Below, one piece after another: positions 21,145 through 30,993 of a stretch of DNA of 64,000 bases; position 1 is the first letter of the stretch, and each line of letters opens with the position of its first letter. The translations under genes were made by a program, and so were the position numbers. Source of the DNA: Arcobacteraceae bacterium (GTDB taxonomy: Bacteria > Campylobacterota > Campylobacteria > Campylobacterales > Arcobacteraceae). The stretch is from assembly GCA_963662945.1 (NCBI GenBank), contig OY759974.1:961436-1025435 (forward strand), written 5' to 3'. The notes under the pieces are model-generated. The model was not told the DNA's origin, did no database searches, and saw only the letters and a program-made list of their open reading frames with translations.

Positions 21145-21789
21145 ATGGACTGGAAAACTATTATAAATGAAGAACAACAAAAAGAGTACTATAAAAAATT
21201 AAAAGACTTCGTTGAATCAAGATATTTAACAACTACAGTATATCCTTCTAGAGAGAATATTTTTAAAGCATTTGAACTTTGTTCTTATGAAAATCTCAAA
21301 ATTGTAATACTAGGACAAGATCCTTATCATCAGCAGGGACAAGCACAAGGTTTAGCTTTTTCAACTCCAGCAAATGTTAAAAACCCACCATCAATGGTAA
21401 ATATTTTAAAAGAAATTTGTGATGATATAGGTTCATCTAACTGTCTTGATGGAGATTTAACACCTTGGGCAAAACAAGGGGTTTTACTTATTAACACTAT
21501 TTTAACTGTAGAGGATAGTAAACCAAAATCTCATGAAAATCAAGGTTGGGAAGTTTTTACAGACAATATTATCAAATATATTTCTACAAATAAAGAGAAT
21601 ATTATATTTATATTGTGGGGTGCCCCTGCTATCAAAAAAGCAAAACTTATTGATACTACTAAACATCATATTTTAACAGCACCTCATCCAAGCCCACTTT
21701 CAAGCTATAGAGGTTTTTTTGGTTGTAAACATTTTAGCCAAACAAACAACATCTTAAAAAGTTTGCAGAAAGAACCAATTATTTGGTAA
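21145..21789 (+). CDS. ung: Uracil-DNA glycosylase
   Basis: 214 aa. Motifs GQDPYH, GVLLINT and HPSPLS. Confidence 0.92.
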   Translation: MDWKTIINEEQQKEYYKKLKDFVESRYLTTTVYPSRENIFKAFELCSYENLKIVILGQDPYHQQGQAQGLAFSTPANVKNPPSMVNILKEICDDIGSSNCLDGDLTPWAKQGVLLINTILTVEDSKPKSHENQGWEVFTDNIIKYISTNKENIIFILWGAPAIKKAKLIDTTKHHILTAPHPSPLSSYRGFFGCKHFSQTNNILKSLQKEPIIW

Positions 21790-21790
21790 T

Positions 21791-21913
21791 CTATCCTAAT
21801 TGATGTTGCTGTTGTGTACTTGATTGTTCCATATAGCTTTGAAGATTTGTACATCCTGAAAATAAAGCTATTACAACAATTGAAATTATTGATAATAAAA
21901 TAACTCTTTTCAT
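21791..21913 (-). CDS. Small lipoprotein (40 aa), below the size cutoff of the ORF track
   Basis: My translation reads MKRVILLSIISIVVIALFSGCTNLQSYMEQSSTQQQHQLG-stop. It has a classic signal peptide plus the lipobox LFSGC. It sits in an otherwise empty 229-bp gap. Confidence 0.45.
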   Translation of the reverse strand: MKRVILLSIISIVVIALFSGCTNLQSYMEQSSTQQQHQLG

Positions 21914-22018
21914 TTTTTATCCTTTCATGATTTTATAAAATTATAGAACTTTGTGATGAATAAAATATGAATTTATTTTTATTTGGTATAATCTGATTTT
22001 ATAAAAAAGGTACTTGTA

Positions 22019-22576
22019 ATGAACTATTATTTAGGTTTAGATATTCTGTTTTTACTATTCACTATTTTTGCTTGTTATTATAGCTATCAAAGAAAAATAT
22101 ATCTCAAAATATTTGATTATTTTAAAATCTTTTTTATCATTACAGTTTCTGCAAAACTTTCAAGTTATACAGGCATATTATTACAAAAACTTTATATTAC
22201 AAAAGCAGATACTTATACAACACTTATTCTTATTGCTTTTGTGGTTAATCTTCTTATTATCTATTTTAGTTGGAAATATATTTTTCATTTTACTAGAAAA
22301 TATATAAACAATGAAAAACTCAAAATTTTATTTGCAAAAATTTTTACAGGTATTGAAGTATTAATCATCATTACTTTTTCTCTCTATATTTTAATGCAAA
22401 TTTATCTTGTAAAAGTGTATCTTCATCCTATTTTTAAAGAAACTTATTCTTACCCAAAAATAGAAAAATTCTATAAAAGTTTTTTAAATGATAATTTTGT
22501 CAATATGGTACTAGGTTCTGATACTGGTACAAACCATAAAGAAGTAATATTTAAAAGTTTTAAAAATAGTTTTTAA
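22019..22576 (+). CDS. Polytopic membrane protein, tentatively CvpA-like
   Basis: 185 aa with 4-5 hydrophobic helices. The N-terminal pattern resembles the CvpA family, but no strong motif is present. Confidence 0.4.
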   Translation: MNYYLGLDILFLLFTIFACYYSYQRKIYLKIFDYFKIFFIITVSAKLSSYTGILLQKLYITKADTYTTLILIAFVVNLLIIYFSWKYIFHFTRKYINNEKLKILFAKIFTGIEVLIIITFSLYILMQIYLVKVYLHPIFKETYSYPKIEKFYKSFLNDNFVNMVLGSDTGTNHKEVIFKSFKNSF

Positions 22577-22690
22577 AACTACTCTTTTTCTTATTCAATA
22601 CAATTAACTTACATTATATTAAATATAAAACTAACAAATAATTAACACTTCTCTTTTATAATGACAGCCAACTTAAAAAAAGGAGGCTTT

Positions 22691-24028
22691 ATGGATATTA
22701 TAGGACAATTTCCGTTGTTTTATTTTCCTGAATACGGAAGTGCTTGGATGATGGGAATGACGGGTACCATACACATCTTAGCATCACATACTTCTGTCGG
22801 TGCTGCAATGCTTTTTGCATTTTTAGCTTACAAAGCATATAAAGAGGATAGAAGTGATTTATATCCTTATATGAAAAAATACGGTATGTTTTTACTGATT
22901 TTCTCTTATGTTATAGGTTCTATCACTGGACCTGGGATTTGGTACACAGCAACTGCTGCAAGTCCAAGGGGTATTAGTGCATTGATACATAACTTTGTAT
23001 GGGTCTGGGCAACTGAGTGGGTATTTTTTGTGTATGAAGTTATAGGAGTTTTTGTTCTTGTATACTTTATAGATAAAATAGATAAAAAAACTCATCTAAA
23101 ACTCACATTTTCATTTGCATTAGCATCTGTAGGAACATTGGCACTTATTATTGGTATCATTAGTTTTATGATGTGGCCAGGTACTGAAGCGTATTATGCA
23201 ACAGGAAGTGCAAGTGATGCATTCTTTGGTACAAATACCTTCCCTCATATGTTCTTGCGAATTGGATTTATGATAATGCTTTCAGGTGTTATAGGTCTTG
23301 TAATTTCAAGTGCTATGAAAAAAGATAATCTAGAACTTTCTCGTGAACTCACTAAAAAAATGGGTTACATCAGTATGCTTGGTGGATTTTTAGTTCTATT
23401 TTTCTTTATGTGGTACATGGGAACACTCCCTGATAATGCACATGCAGTATTTAATGTAACAAAAGCAGATGTTATTCAAAGTAGAATTATTCTTACAATT
23501 GTTTTTTCATTGTATTTCTTAATAGCTATTGTGAAGCCTCAATTTATAAGTACACCACTAGCAAGTGTTATGATTTTTGTTATATTAATAGCAGGAATTT
23601 GGCCAGGTGAAAAACTACGAGAATCGATGAGAAAACCATATGTTGCTGGTCAATATATCTATTCAAATCAAATTATAAGTCGTGATGTTGAAGGAAAAGG
23701 TATCAAAAATGAGTTGCCTATAATAGCCGAAAAAGGTTTATTACAAGTAAATCCATTTGTTCCTGAGAATTTAAAAGTAATCACAGAAGAAAACAAAATT
23801 GAAGCTGGAAAACTTTTAACAAGAATGTCTTGTTCAAACTGTCATTCATTAGAAAAAACAGGAAAATTTAGACCTTTAAAAGATAGACTACAAGGTATGG
23901 ATAAAGAAGCTATTAAATCAACATTATACGCTATTGGTGATGGGGCATTTCCATATATGCCAAAACTCAAACTACCTGAACAAGAATATGATGCAATTGC
24001 AGAATATCTTGTATCGTTGAAATATTAA
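22691..24028 (+). CDS. Polytopic membrane protein with CydA-like (cytochrome bd subunit I superfamily) N-terminal features fused to a C-terminal monoheme cytochrome c domain
   Basis: Start moved to ATG 22691, with AGGAGG 4 nt upstream. About 9 hydrophobic helices. The helix-1 His (TGTIHILASHTSVG) and the ATEWVFFVYE acidic pair recall CydA H19 and E99/E107. The C-terminus has CSNCH plus PYMP (Met ligand). Confidence 0.55.
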   Translation: MDIIGQFPLFYFPEYGSAWMMGMTGTIHILASHTSVGAAMLFAFLAYKAYKEDRSDLYPYMKKYGMFLLIFSYVIGSITGPGIWYTATAASPRGISALIHNFVWVWATEWVFFVYEVIGVFVLVYFIDKIDKKTHLKLTFSFALASVGTLALIIGIISFMMWPGTEAYYATGSASDAFFGTNTFPHMFLRIGFMIMLSGVIGLVISSAMKKDNLELSRELTKKMGYISMLGGFLVLFFFMWYMGTLPDNAHAVFNVTKADVIQSRIILTIVFSLYFLIAIVKPQFISTPLASVMIFVILIAGIWPGEKLRESMRKPYVAGQYIYSNQIISRDVEGKGIKNELPIIAEKGLLQVNPFVPENLKVITEENKIEAGKLLTRMSCSNCHSLEKTGKFRPLKDRLQGMDKEAIKSTLYAIGDGAFPYMPKLKLPEQEYDAIAEYLVSLKY

Positions 24029-24037
24029 GGAGGAATT

Positions 24038-25228
24038 ATGGACGCATCAGTATTATTGGCTCTTAGAGACCCAGCGGGGGTACCATTTTATCCAGTTGTA
24101 TTTCAAGCATTGTATATCTTAACTTGGGCTTTACATGCGGCATTTGTTTTACTGGCATTGGGTTCTATGGGACTTTCACTTGTTGGAACATTGAAACAAG
24201 ATGATCCTACTTGGAAAATCTTAACGCCACATTTGATTCAAACTGGAAAAATAAGTATCTCAATACTTATTGTTTTAGGTGTTGCACCACTTTTATTTAC
24301 ACAAGTAATTTATGATCCAAATTGGTATGTAGCAAATACCTTATCTGGTATGTGGGTATTTATATTTATTTACACATTAGTTGTTGGTTATATTATGTAT
24401 TATTGGTATTACTATGCAAACAAAAAAACGCAAGGTGGTGGTAAACTTGTTGGTCTTATCTCATTTGCTATCTTAGTATTTGCAGGTGTACTTATGCATA
24501 ACTTTGCAGTAACTTCAATTATGCCAAATGATTGGATGAATATGTATGCACCAAATGGAATCGTTGACAATAGCGGTTGGACATTTAATGTAGATGTTAT
24601 CAGACTAGCTTTTATGGTAAGTTTAGCTATTCCAGTTGTTGGAATATTTTTACAAAACTATAGCAAGTTTTTAAGTACAAGACCAGACTTTAGTGAAGAA
24701 TTTATACAATACACTGCTTCTCTTGGAACAAAAATAGGAGTTACAGGTTTAATCATAAGTGCAGTTGCTTTTGCTTTATGGATGTTACAAATCAATTATT
24801 TGATGCATCCATTATCTTTGGCAATTGTTGTAGGTGTAGTTGTATTATTACTAATGGTTTTACAAAACAAAAACAGTTACATCACAACTGGTGTACTAGT
24901 AGTAGTGGCATTATTAATTTCTGCAATGAGAGAACTTATTAGATTTGATATTATGGCTAAATTAGGATATAGTATTTATGATTATCCAGTAAATCTTGAA
25001 ATACCTTCTATTACAATGTTTTTATTAACATTTCTAATAATGGGTGGTGTTGGAGTTGCATGGTTATTGACTATGGCTTGGAAAGTTGGTAAAAATCAAG
25101 GCGTTTTTGATGGTTCAAAAGATACAGCTGTAACTAAACTTGGTAATTACACACTTGCTATAATGGTTCTATGGATGGTAATATATTTTGGATGGGGTAT
25201 GACAATTTTATTTAATAATATACTTTAA
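24038..25228 (+). CDS. Polytopic membrane protein, partner subunit of the preceding gene
   Basis: 396 aa with about 9-10 hydrophobic helices. AGGAGG is upstream of the ATG. It starts 9 nt after the upstream stop. Confidence 0.5.
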   Translation: MDASVLLALRDPAGVPFYPVVFQALYILTWALHAAFVLLALGSMGLSLVGTLKQDDPTWKILTPHLIQTGKISISILIVLGVAPLLFTQVIYDPNWYVANTLSGMWVFIFIYTLVVGYIMYYWYYYANKKTQGGGKLVGLISFAILVFAGVLMHNFAVTSIMPNDWMNMYAPNGIVDNSGWTFNVDVIRLAFMVSLAIPVVGIFLQNYSKFLSTRPDFSEEFIQYTASLGTKIGVTGLIISAVAFALWMLQINYLMHPLSLAIVVGVVVLLLMVLQNKNSYITTGVLVVVALLISAMRELIRFDIMAKLGYSIYDYPVNLEIPSITMFLLTFLIMGGVGVAWLLTMAWKVGKNQGVFDGSKDTAVTKLGNYTLAIMVLWMVIYFGWGMTILFNNIL

Positions 25229-25251
25229 AATATTTATCAAAACAATGAAAT

Positions 25252-25283
25252 GCCGAAGAGTACACACTCTTTGGCTTTTATAG
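25252..25283 (+). terminator. Rho-independent terminator
   Basis: gccgaagagt-acac-actctttggc forms a 10-bp stem with one G-U pair, followed by ttttatagttt, immediately after the 24038..25228 gene. Confidence 0.6.
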
Positions 25284-25302
25284 TTTCAATAGAAGGGTAA
25301 CA

Positions 25303-25974
25303 ATGACCGGTACAAAAATACTTTTTTTAGAAGATGATATACTCTACCAAGAAAGCATAAAAGATCTTTTGGAAGAGGAAGAATTTATAGTTGAAACATG
25401 TAATGATGGAAATGATTTTTTAGATAAAATTTTTGATACAGTTTATGACTTATATATTCTTGATCTTAATGTTCCTCAAATAGATGGCTTTGAACTTATG
25501 AAAATACTCAAAGAGTATAAAGACACCACAATGAAACTAGTACTTACATCTAGAAATAACACACTTACACAATCATTTCACAATGGCTGTGATGAATATC
25601 TAAATAAAACTATAGATGCAGAGGAACTTTTAATTCGTATAAAAACACTTATTAAAAGAGGATACAACTCTTACGATGAATCTATTCATATATCTGAAGA
25701 TATTGATTATGATTTGTTTCACAAAAAAATATATAAAAACAAACAATGCATTGAACTTGAAGTTCGCTCTTTATTAATCTTGGATTATATGATTAAAAAA
25801 AGAGGAAAATTTATCTCAAGTGTAGAACTAGAAAAAAACACCTATCCTTGCAGTTGCGATTCCAAGTTAGATGTTATACGATACCATATTTGGAATTTAC
25901 GAAATCTTTTAGGGAAAGATATCATTGAATCAAAGAAAAGTCTTGGTTATAGAATAAAGCCACTAAGTGCTTAG
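25303..25974 (+). CDS. OmpR/PhoB-type response regulator with no adjacent histidine kinase
   Basis: 223 aa. Receiver domain (ILFLEDD, phospho-acceptor in YILDLNVP, conserved LTS and K) and a winged-helix C-terminus ending LGYRIK. Confidence 0.8.
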   Translation: MTGTKILFLEDDILYQESIKDLLEEEEFIVETCNDGNDFLDKIFDTVYDLYILDLNVPQIDGFELMKILKEYKDTTMKLVLTSRNNTLTQSFHNGCDEYLNKTIDAEELLIRIKTLIKRGYNSYDESIHISEDIDYDLFHKKIYKNKQCIELEVRSLLILDYMIKKRGKFISSVELEKNTYPCSCDSKLDVIRYHIWNLRNLLGKDIIESKKSLGYRIKPLSA

Positions 25975-26073
25975 TGACTTTAGGCGTTAGACTAAAAAAC
26001 CTTTAGGAGGAGATTGTTCTAACTTTTTGTAGGTAATAAAATCTTACCAAACAAGTGTTAATCGTTTGTTAGT

Positions 26074-26523
26074 TTACAATTTCTTTTTTACATATTCTCC
26101 ATTTACCTTGATTGGCTTAAATGTATCAAATACCCAAGGAACTAAAACCTCTAATTCTTTTTCAGATAAAAATCCTTTTAAAGATGGCATTCTTCCAAAA
26201 TTTTTTACTACAAAATCTTCACAGTTTGTTTTATCTGGTGATGGATTATATAAATAATCTTTTAAAAATTTAATAGACTCTTCTTTTAACTCTTCATCTT
26301 TAAAAGGACCATCAACTGCATCTATAGTAATAACAACACTAGACATAGCTACATCTATAGGTGGTGCCACCATTTTCATTCTTTCTGCTTGATTTTTTGG
26401 TTTTCCAATATTGTGACACATTGCACACTTTTTTTCAAAAATTTGTTCAGGGCTTCTAGGCTCTTGTGCAAAAGTTATTGTTGATAATAAAGCTATACTT
26501 GTAGCTAAAGTTATTAGTTTCAT
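26074..26523 (-). CDS. Periplasmic monoheme cytochrome c
   Basis: 149 aa. Signal peptide MKLITLATSIALLSTITFAQE, CAMCH heme motif, and a downstream Met (GRMPSL). Confidence 0.75.
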   Translation of the reverse strand: MKLITLATSIALLSTITFAQEPRSPEQIFEKKCAMCHNIGKPKNQAERMKMVAPPIDVAMSSVVITIDAVDGPFKDEELKEESIKFLKDYLYNPSPDKTNCEDFVVKNFGRMPSLKGFLSEKELEVLVPWVFDTFKPIKVNGEYVKKKL

Positions 26524-26649
26524 AAATTACTCCTTCTATAAGAGATAATTATAAGGGATTAAGTTTAAAAAGAATTAAAATCTATTACTTTAAATTATAT
26601 CTTGGTACGAATCTTGCATTTATATTTAGATAAAATTTAAGGATATACT

Positions 26650-27027
26650 ATGGAAGAAAATATTTACCAAAAAGCTTACAACTGGGCAACAACACACACT
26701 TTTGAACCAATAGAGATAGAATATGCATCAAAACTAGCACTTAAAATGTTAGATAACTCTTGTAATATGTCCCATGAGGATAGAAAAGTATTCTTTTATG
26801 TTTATGATGCGCTAACAGATAGAAGTGATATAAAACTTGAAGATGATGTAAATCAGCTGATACAATTAGCACGAAATAGAGAAACGATATTCTCAAAACC
26901 AGAATTTGCACCAATTGTCCATGCTTGTAAAATGGAAGTGATGCCAACAATGGAAAAAAAATATATGAAAAGATATAAAAAAATGGTGAGAAAAAATTTA
27001 GGGATGTTAGAAACTGAAGATGAGTAA
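26650..27027 (+). CDS. Hypothetical protein
   Basis: 125-aa ORF, no recognised motif. Confidence 0.4.
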   Translation: MEENIYQKAYNWATTHTFEPIEIEYASKLALKMLDNSCNMSHEDRKVFFYVYDALTDRSDIKLEDDVNQLIQLARNRETIFSKPEFAPIVHACKMEVMPTMEKKYMKRYKKMVRKNLGMLETEDE

Positions 27028-27035
27028 AAAACTCA

Positions 27036-28865
27036 TTACAGCATCTCTAATTTCTTATCATACTCATGTGTGATCTCTTCAAGTTTTAACTGATTCTCTT
27101 CAAGTAGTTCAAACTTATCTTCAACCTCTTTTTCATATTTTACTATGATGGAAGAGAGTTCTATAATTTTACTATTATCTCCACTATTTGAAGCAATTAC
27201 AAGCTCAGCTTGTTTTTTTTCTATCAAATCTTCAATCTCTATGATACTATTTTCTAGCTTTTCTACCTCTTTTTTCAAAGGGGTTGCTAATTTGTTTTTT
27301 TCAGTGATTAAAGCTGCTCTTAGTTTTTTATTCTCTTTTTTATCCACTTTAGGAGTTTTTTTAGCCTTTTGTTCAAACTCTTCATCTTCCCAACCGATTT
27401 TTTCTAAAAACTCATCATAAGTTCCATTGAAATAATCAGCACCGCTTGAAGAAAATACTATCAATCTATCACAAACTTCTCTTAAAAGTTTTTCACTATG
27501 GGTTACTACTATACAAGAACCTTTAAACTTTTTAATAGCTTTTGTTAAAGAATCAATCGATTGCATATCAAGATGATTTGTAGGCTCATCAAGAAACAAG
27601 AGATTCACATCTTTTGCCAAAATTTGCCCAAGCATCACTCTACTTTTTTCCCCACCTGATAAAAGAGATATTTTTTTCTTCGCATCATCCCCACTAAACA
27701 TCATAGAACCACAAATACCTCGAACTGTTGATTCTGCTAATTTAGAATTAACGCTATAAATTTCATCCATAATAGTATTTTTTGGATTTAAATGTGCAAT
27801 ATTTGTTTGTCCAAAATGTCCAAAAGATGTTGAAAGATGGTAATCAACTGTTCCACTTATCTGTTTTAACTCTTTTGCAATAGTATTTAATAAGGTAGAT
27901 TTCCCTTTCCCATTTTTACCTATGATTCCAAGAGTTTCTCCCTTTTCAAGAGTAAATGAGATATCTTTAAATAAAATATTATCAGCTGTGTATCCAAAAC
28001 TCAAATCTTTCACATCAAGTAAGACTTTTGCAGGTGTATCTTTGTAGTTAAAATCAAACTCTAAGTTAGCATCATCCACTATTGAGTCCATATCATCCAT
28101 CTTTTCTAGGAGTTTCACTTTTGATTGTGCTTGAGCTGCTGTTGAGGCTCTAGCTTTATTTTTAGCTATAAATTCTTCTAGCTCTTTTCTTTTTTTATCT
28201 TGGGCTATTTTTTGTTTTTCATGATGTTCATCATCTGCAGCTAACTGTTCATAAAACTTATACGTATCCCCTTTTATAGTAAATAGATTTTTTCTGATTA
28301 TCCCCATGGTATGGGTTGAAACAGCATCCATAAAATCTCTATCATGGGTGATGAGGATAACTTCCCCATCAAAGTTTTGTAAAAAGTTTTTTAACCATCG
28401 AAGTGAAAGGATATCAAGATAGTTTGTTGGCTCATCTAAAAGCAAGAGATTTGGTTCCGTTATAAGCAGTTTTGCAAGATTTATACGGATTTGATACCCA
28501 CCAGAAAAAGACAAAGGGTCTTTTTCTAAATCTGCATCACTAAATCCCAAACCAAATAATATCTTCTCAACTTTATAGATACTAAACTTATCATCTTCAC
28601 TTAAAGCTAAGGCTGTTTCATCTCTCAATGTTGCTTCACTAAACTCCAAATGTTGCTTTAAAGCCCCTATTTTATACCCTTTAGGGATAGAGATCTCCCC
28701 CTCATCTGGATGCTCTTCATCAAGTATCAGTTTAAATAAAGTTGATTTACCTGTACCGTTTCTCCCTACAAGCCCTACTCTATCTCCTGAATTTAATCGA
28801 AAGTTTAAATTTGAAAAAAGTTCTTTTGTGCCAAAATGTTTTGAAATATTTGTTAGTTGTATCAT
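27036..28865 (-). CDS. ABC-F family ATPase (Uup/YbiT-like) with a C-terminal coiled coil
   Basis: 609 aa. Two ABC cassettes (GRNGTGKST / LSGGYQIR / LLLDEPTNYLD, and GKNGKGKST / LSGGEKSR / LFLDEPTNHLD). No membrane domain. Confidence 0.88.
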   Translation of the reverse strand: MIQLTNISKHFGTKELFSNLNFRLNSGDRVGLVGRNGTGKSTLFKLILDEEHPDEGEISIPKGYKIGALKQHLEFSEATLRDETALALSEDDKFSIYKVEKILFGLGFSDADLEKDPLSFSGGYQIRINLAKLLITEPNLLLLDEPTNYLDILSLRWLKNFLQNFDGEVILITHDRDFMDAVSTHTMGIIRKNLFTIKGDTYKFYEQLAADDEHHEKQKIAQDKKRKELEEFIAKNKARASTAAQAQSKVKLLEKMDDMDSIVDDANLEFDFNYKDTPAKVLLDVKDLSFGYTADNILFKDISFTLEKGETLGIIGKNGKGKSTLLNTIAKELKQISGTVDYHLSTSFGHFGQTNIAHLNPKNTIMDEIYSVNSKLAESTVRGICGSMMFSGDDAKKKISLLSGGEKSRVMLGQILAKDVNLLFLDEPTNHLDMQSIDSLTKAIKKFKGSCIVVTHSEKLLREVCDRLIVFSSSGADYFNGTYDEFLEKIGWEDEEFEQKAKKTPKVDKKENKKLRAALITEKNKLATPLKKEVEKLENSIIEIEDLIEKKQAELVIASNSGDNSKIIELSSIIVKYEKEVEDKFELLEENQLKLEEITHEYDKKLEML

Positions 28866-28958
28866 AATGCTCTTTGCTGTAAGTGATTTTTAAAAAGTGA
28901 TTATAGGATAATATTGGTTATAGTTACTTATAACATCAAATTGATTTACTGCTTTCTC

Positions 28959-29480
28959 CTAATTTTCAAGTAAAGCATCTCTTGCTTGTGTAAGTTTCAC
29001 AAACATTTCATGGCTTCCACCAACATCTGGGTGGGCTTTTTTAGCAACTTTTTTGTAGGCTGTTTTTATTTGTGTGATTTCAAGTACACCTTCAAGGGGC
29101 AAAGATAAAAGTTCTCTATACTCTTTTTCACTAAATAAAGATTGGGTTTGCATAAATTGTTGTCGTTTTTTATTGTGAGATTTTATCTCTTCATTGAGTT
29201 CTCTTTGTATTCTACAATGTTGTGTAAAAACCTCTTGTTGAAATACTTTTTTTCCCTCTTGCCATCTTTGTTGTGTCATCACAATACAAGCAGCAAAACT
29301 AATCTGACCACAACTTATAAGTTCATCCAAACTAAAAGGCCCTACCATCTCATAAGGCTCATCTAGCCATGCTGTATTGTTTTTGGAATCTATCTCTCCA
29401 AGAGTAACAAAATCTCTAACACCAAGAGTACCATTCCATATAATAAAATCTTCCTCTAGATACACTGTATTATCTTGCAT
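28959..29480 (-). CDS. J-domain (DnaJ-like) protein with an unknown N-terminal domain
   Basis: 173 aa. C-terminal J domain with YKKVAKKAHPDVGG (HPD motif). Confidence 0.7.
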   Translation of the reverse strand: MQDNTVYLEEDFIIWNGTLGVRDFVTLGEIDSKNNTAWLDEPYEMVGPFSLDELISCGQISFAACIVMTQQRWQEGKKVFQQEVFTQHCRIQRELNEEIKSHNKKRQQFMQTQSLFSEKEYRELLSLPLEGVLEITQIKTAYKKVAKKAHPDVGGSHEMFVKLTQARDALLEN

Positions 29481-29571
29481 ATAACAGCCCCTTTTTATAA
29501 TATATGCAAAAAGTGTACTCTTTTGATTTTATTCTATGTTATAATTATTTATCAACAAAATAAGAGAAAAG

Positions 29572-30201
29572 ATGAATTTAGAAAAATTAAAAGATATTGA
29601 ATCAGAATTTTTAGAGAGATACCCAAAAGGTTTTGAGGATGCACACTTTTTCCCTACAATGAAAAAGTTTAAACCTGAAAAGCTAGAAGAGTTTGCAAAA
29701 GAGGCTCTTAAAAAAGAGAACTTCTCAAATCCAAATCTAGTAGTAGATGGCTTTTTTAAAACTATACAAAAGTCAGTTATGGTTTCACTCTTTGATAAGT
29801 TAAAATTAAAAGATACGATTATGAGTTTAAATTCATACGAAAAAGATATGCTAAGTATTGAGATATATGAACTTTTGTATGGGGATAAAAAAGAGGGCTT
29901 TGAGGGTTTAATAGAATTTTTGGCTCAATATAACTTAGCAAAATGGACTCTTCTTAGTGTAGTTCCATATAGTATAAATAGACAAAAAGACTACTTCATC
30001 AAACCAACTACTACCAAAAATATCATCAAATATTTTGAACTTGAAAGTTTAATCTATAAACCAAAACCGAGTTTTGAGTTTTATGAAAAATATACTAAAG
30101 TTTTAGATGAAATGAAATCAAATGTAGATGACTCACTTACATTTGATAATGCAGCTTTTACTGGTTTTTTAAAAATTGGGATTGAGCTTTGTGAAGATTA
30201 A
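29572..30201 (+). CDS. Hypothetical protein
   Basis: 209-aa ORF, no recognised motif. Confidence 0.45.
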   Translation: MNLEKLKDIESEFLERYPKGFEDAHFFPTMKKFKPEKLEEFAKEALKKENFSNPNLVVDGFFKTIQKSVMVSLFDKLKLKDTIMSLNSYEKDMLSIEIYELLYGDKKEGFEGLIEFLAQYNLAKWTLLSVVPYSINRQKDYFIKPTTTKNIIKYFELESLIYKPKPSFEFYEKYTKVLDEMKSNVDDSLTFDNAAFTGFLKIGIELCED

Positions 30202-30548
30202 TCGTATTCATTCTCTTCAAACTGTCTTATTTTTTCATCAATAAGTGATAAAAGATACTCATTTTGTGGAATTTTTGATTTTATCTTTTGAAGCTCTTTA
30301 CAATTGTGTTTTGAAAAATCATCATATATTAATTCAGAACATTCATCAATCGATTCTATACTCTTTTTGAGGTTTTGTAACTCTTGGACAAGATGGGTAT
30401 CGAAAAGTGTTCTATCCTCTTTGTATAAATTTCTAAGTTTATTTAGTGTAGTTAATCCATCAATTACCACATCATCTATCTCACTAGATGTTATAAGGTC
30501 AGATTTTAATGCTTCTATAGTGTTGTAAATATCTTCTTTTGTTTTCAT
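30198..30548 (-). CDS. Hypothetical protein (predicted helical, acidic)
   Basis: 116-aa ORF, convergent with the previous gene and overlapping it by 4 nt. Confidence 0.4.
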   Translation of the reverse strand: MKTKEDIYNTIEALKSDLITSSEIDDVVIDGLTTLNKLRNLYKEDRTLFDTHLVQELQNLKKSIESIDECSELIYDDFSKHNCKELQKIKSKIPQNEYLLSLIDEKIRQFEENEYD

Positions 30549-30993
30549 AGATAGAATTTTATCTGAATTAGAATCAAAAAAAGGTTACTTATGTTATGTA
30601 ATTATGAAGTTAATGTTATCATAAAATGTGATACGCTTGAAGTTGTAAATTGCGACTTCAAGTTTTGAACTGGTCACAATTTTTGACTGCTTAAAAATAA
30701 AGTGCTTTTGTGCACTTGAACTTTTATCTAGTCTGTTGTCACTACTTGGTTTGCTTTCCATTCTTTTTGTGCTTTCAGGATTTAGTCGCTTCTCTCCAGC
30801 ATCAATGAAAAAAAAGAACCCTTGTGCTTGCACTCTCTTTGAGAAAAATTCTTTTTTTAGTTGCTGTCGCCCTCAATTTTCTTTGCTGTTGTTTTGGTTT
30901 TTATTGGTATAACAATAGTGCCTGATATCTTTGTCCTTTCAACTTTTCTGAAGTAGAGAATTAAAAAAATAGGATAGAATACAATTATCTATT

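Noticed and set aside
22661-22690. Upstream start at 22661 for the CydA-like/cytochrome c gene
   Set aside because: A strong AGGAGG lies inside this extension, 4 nt before ATG 22691.
30594-30833. 79-aa minus-strand ORF from the track
   Set aside because: No RBS, implausible composition, and a terminator-like hairpin inside it. Not called as a CDS; see the finding on the gap.
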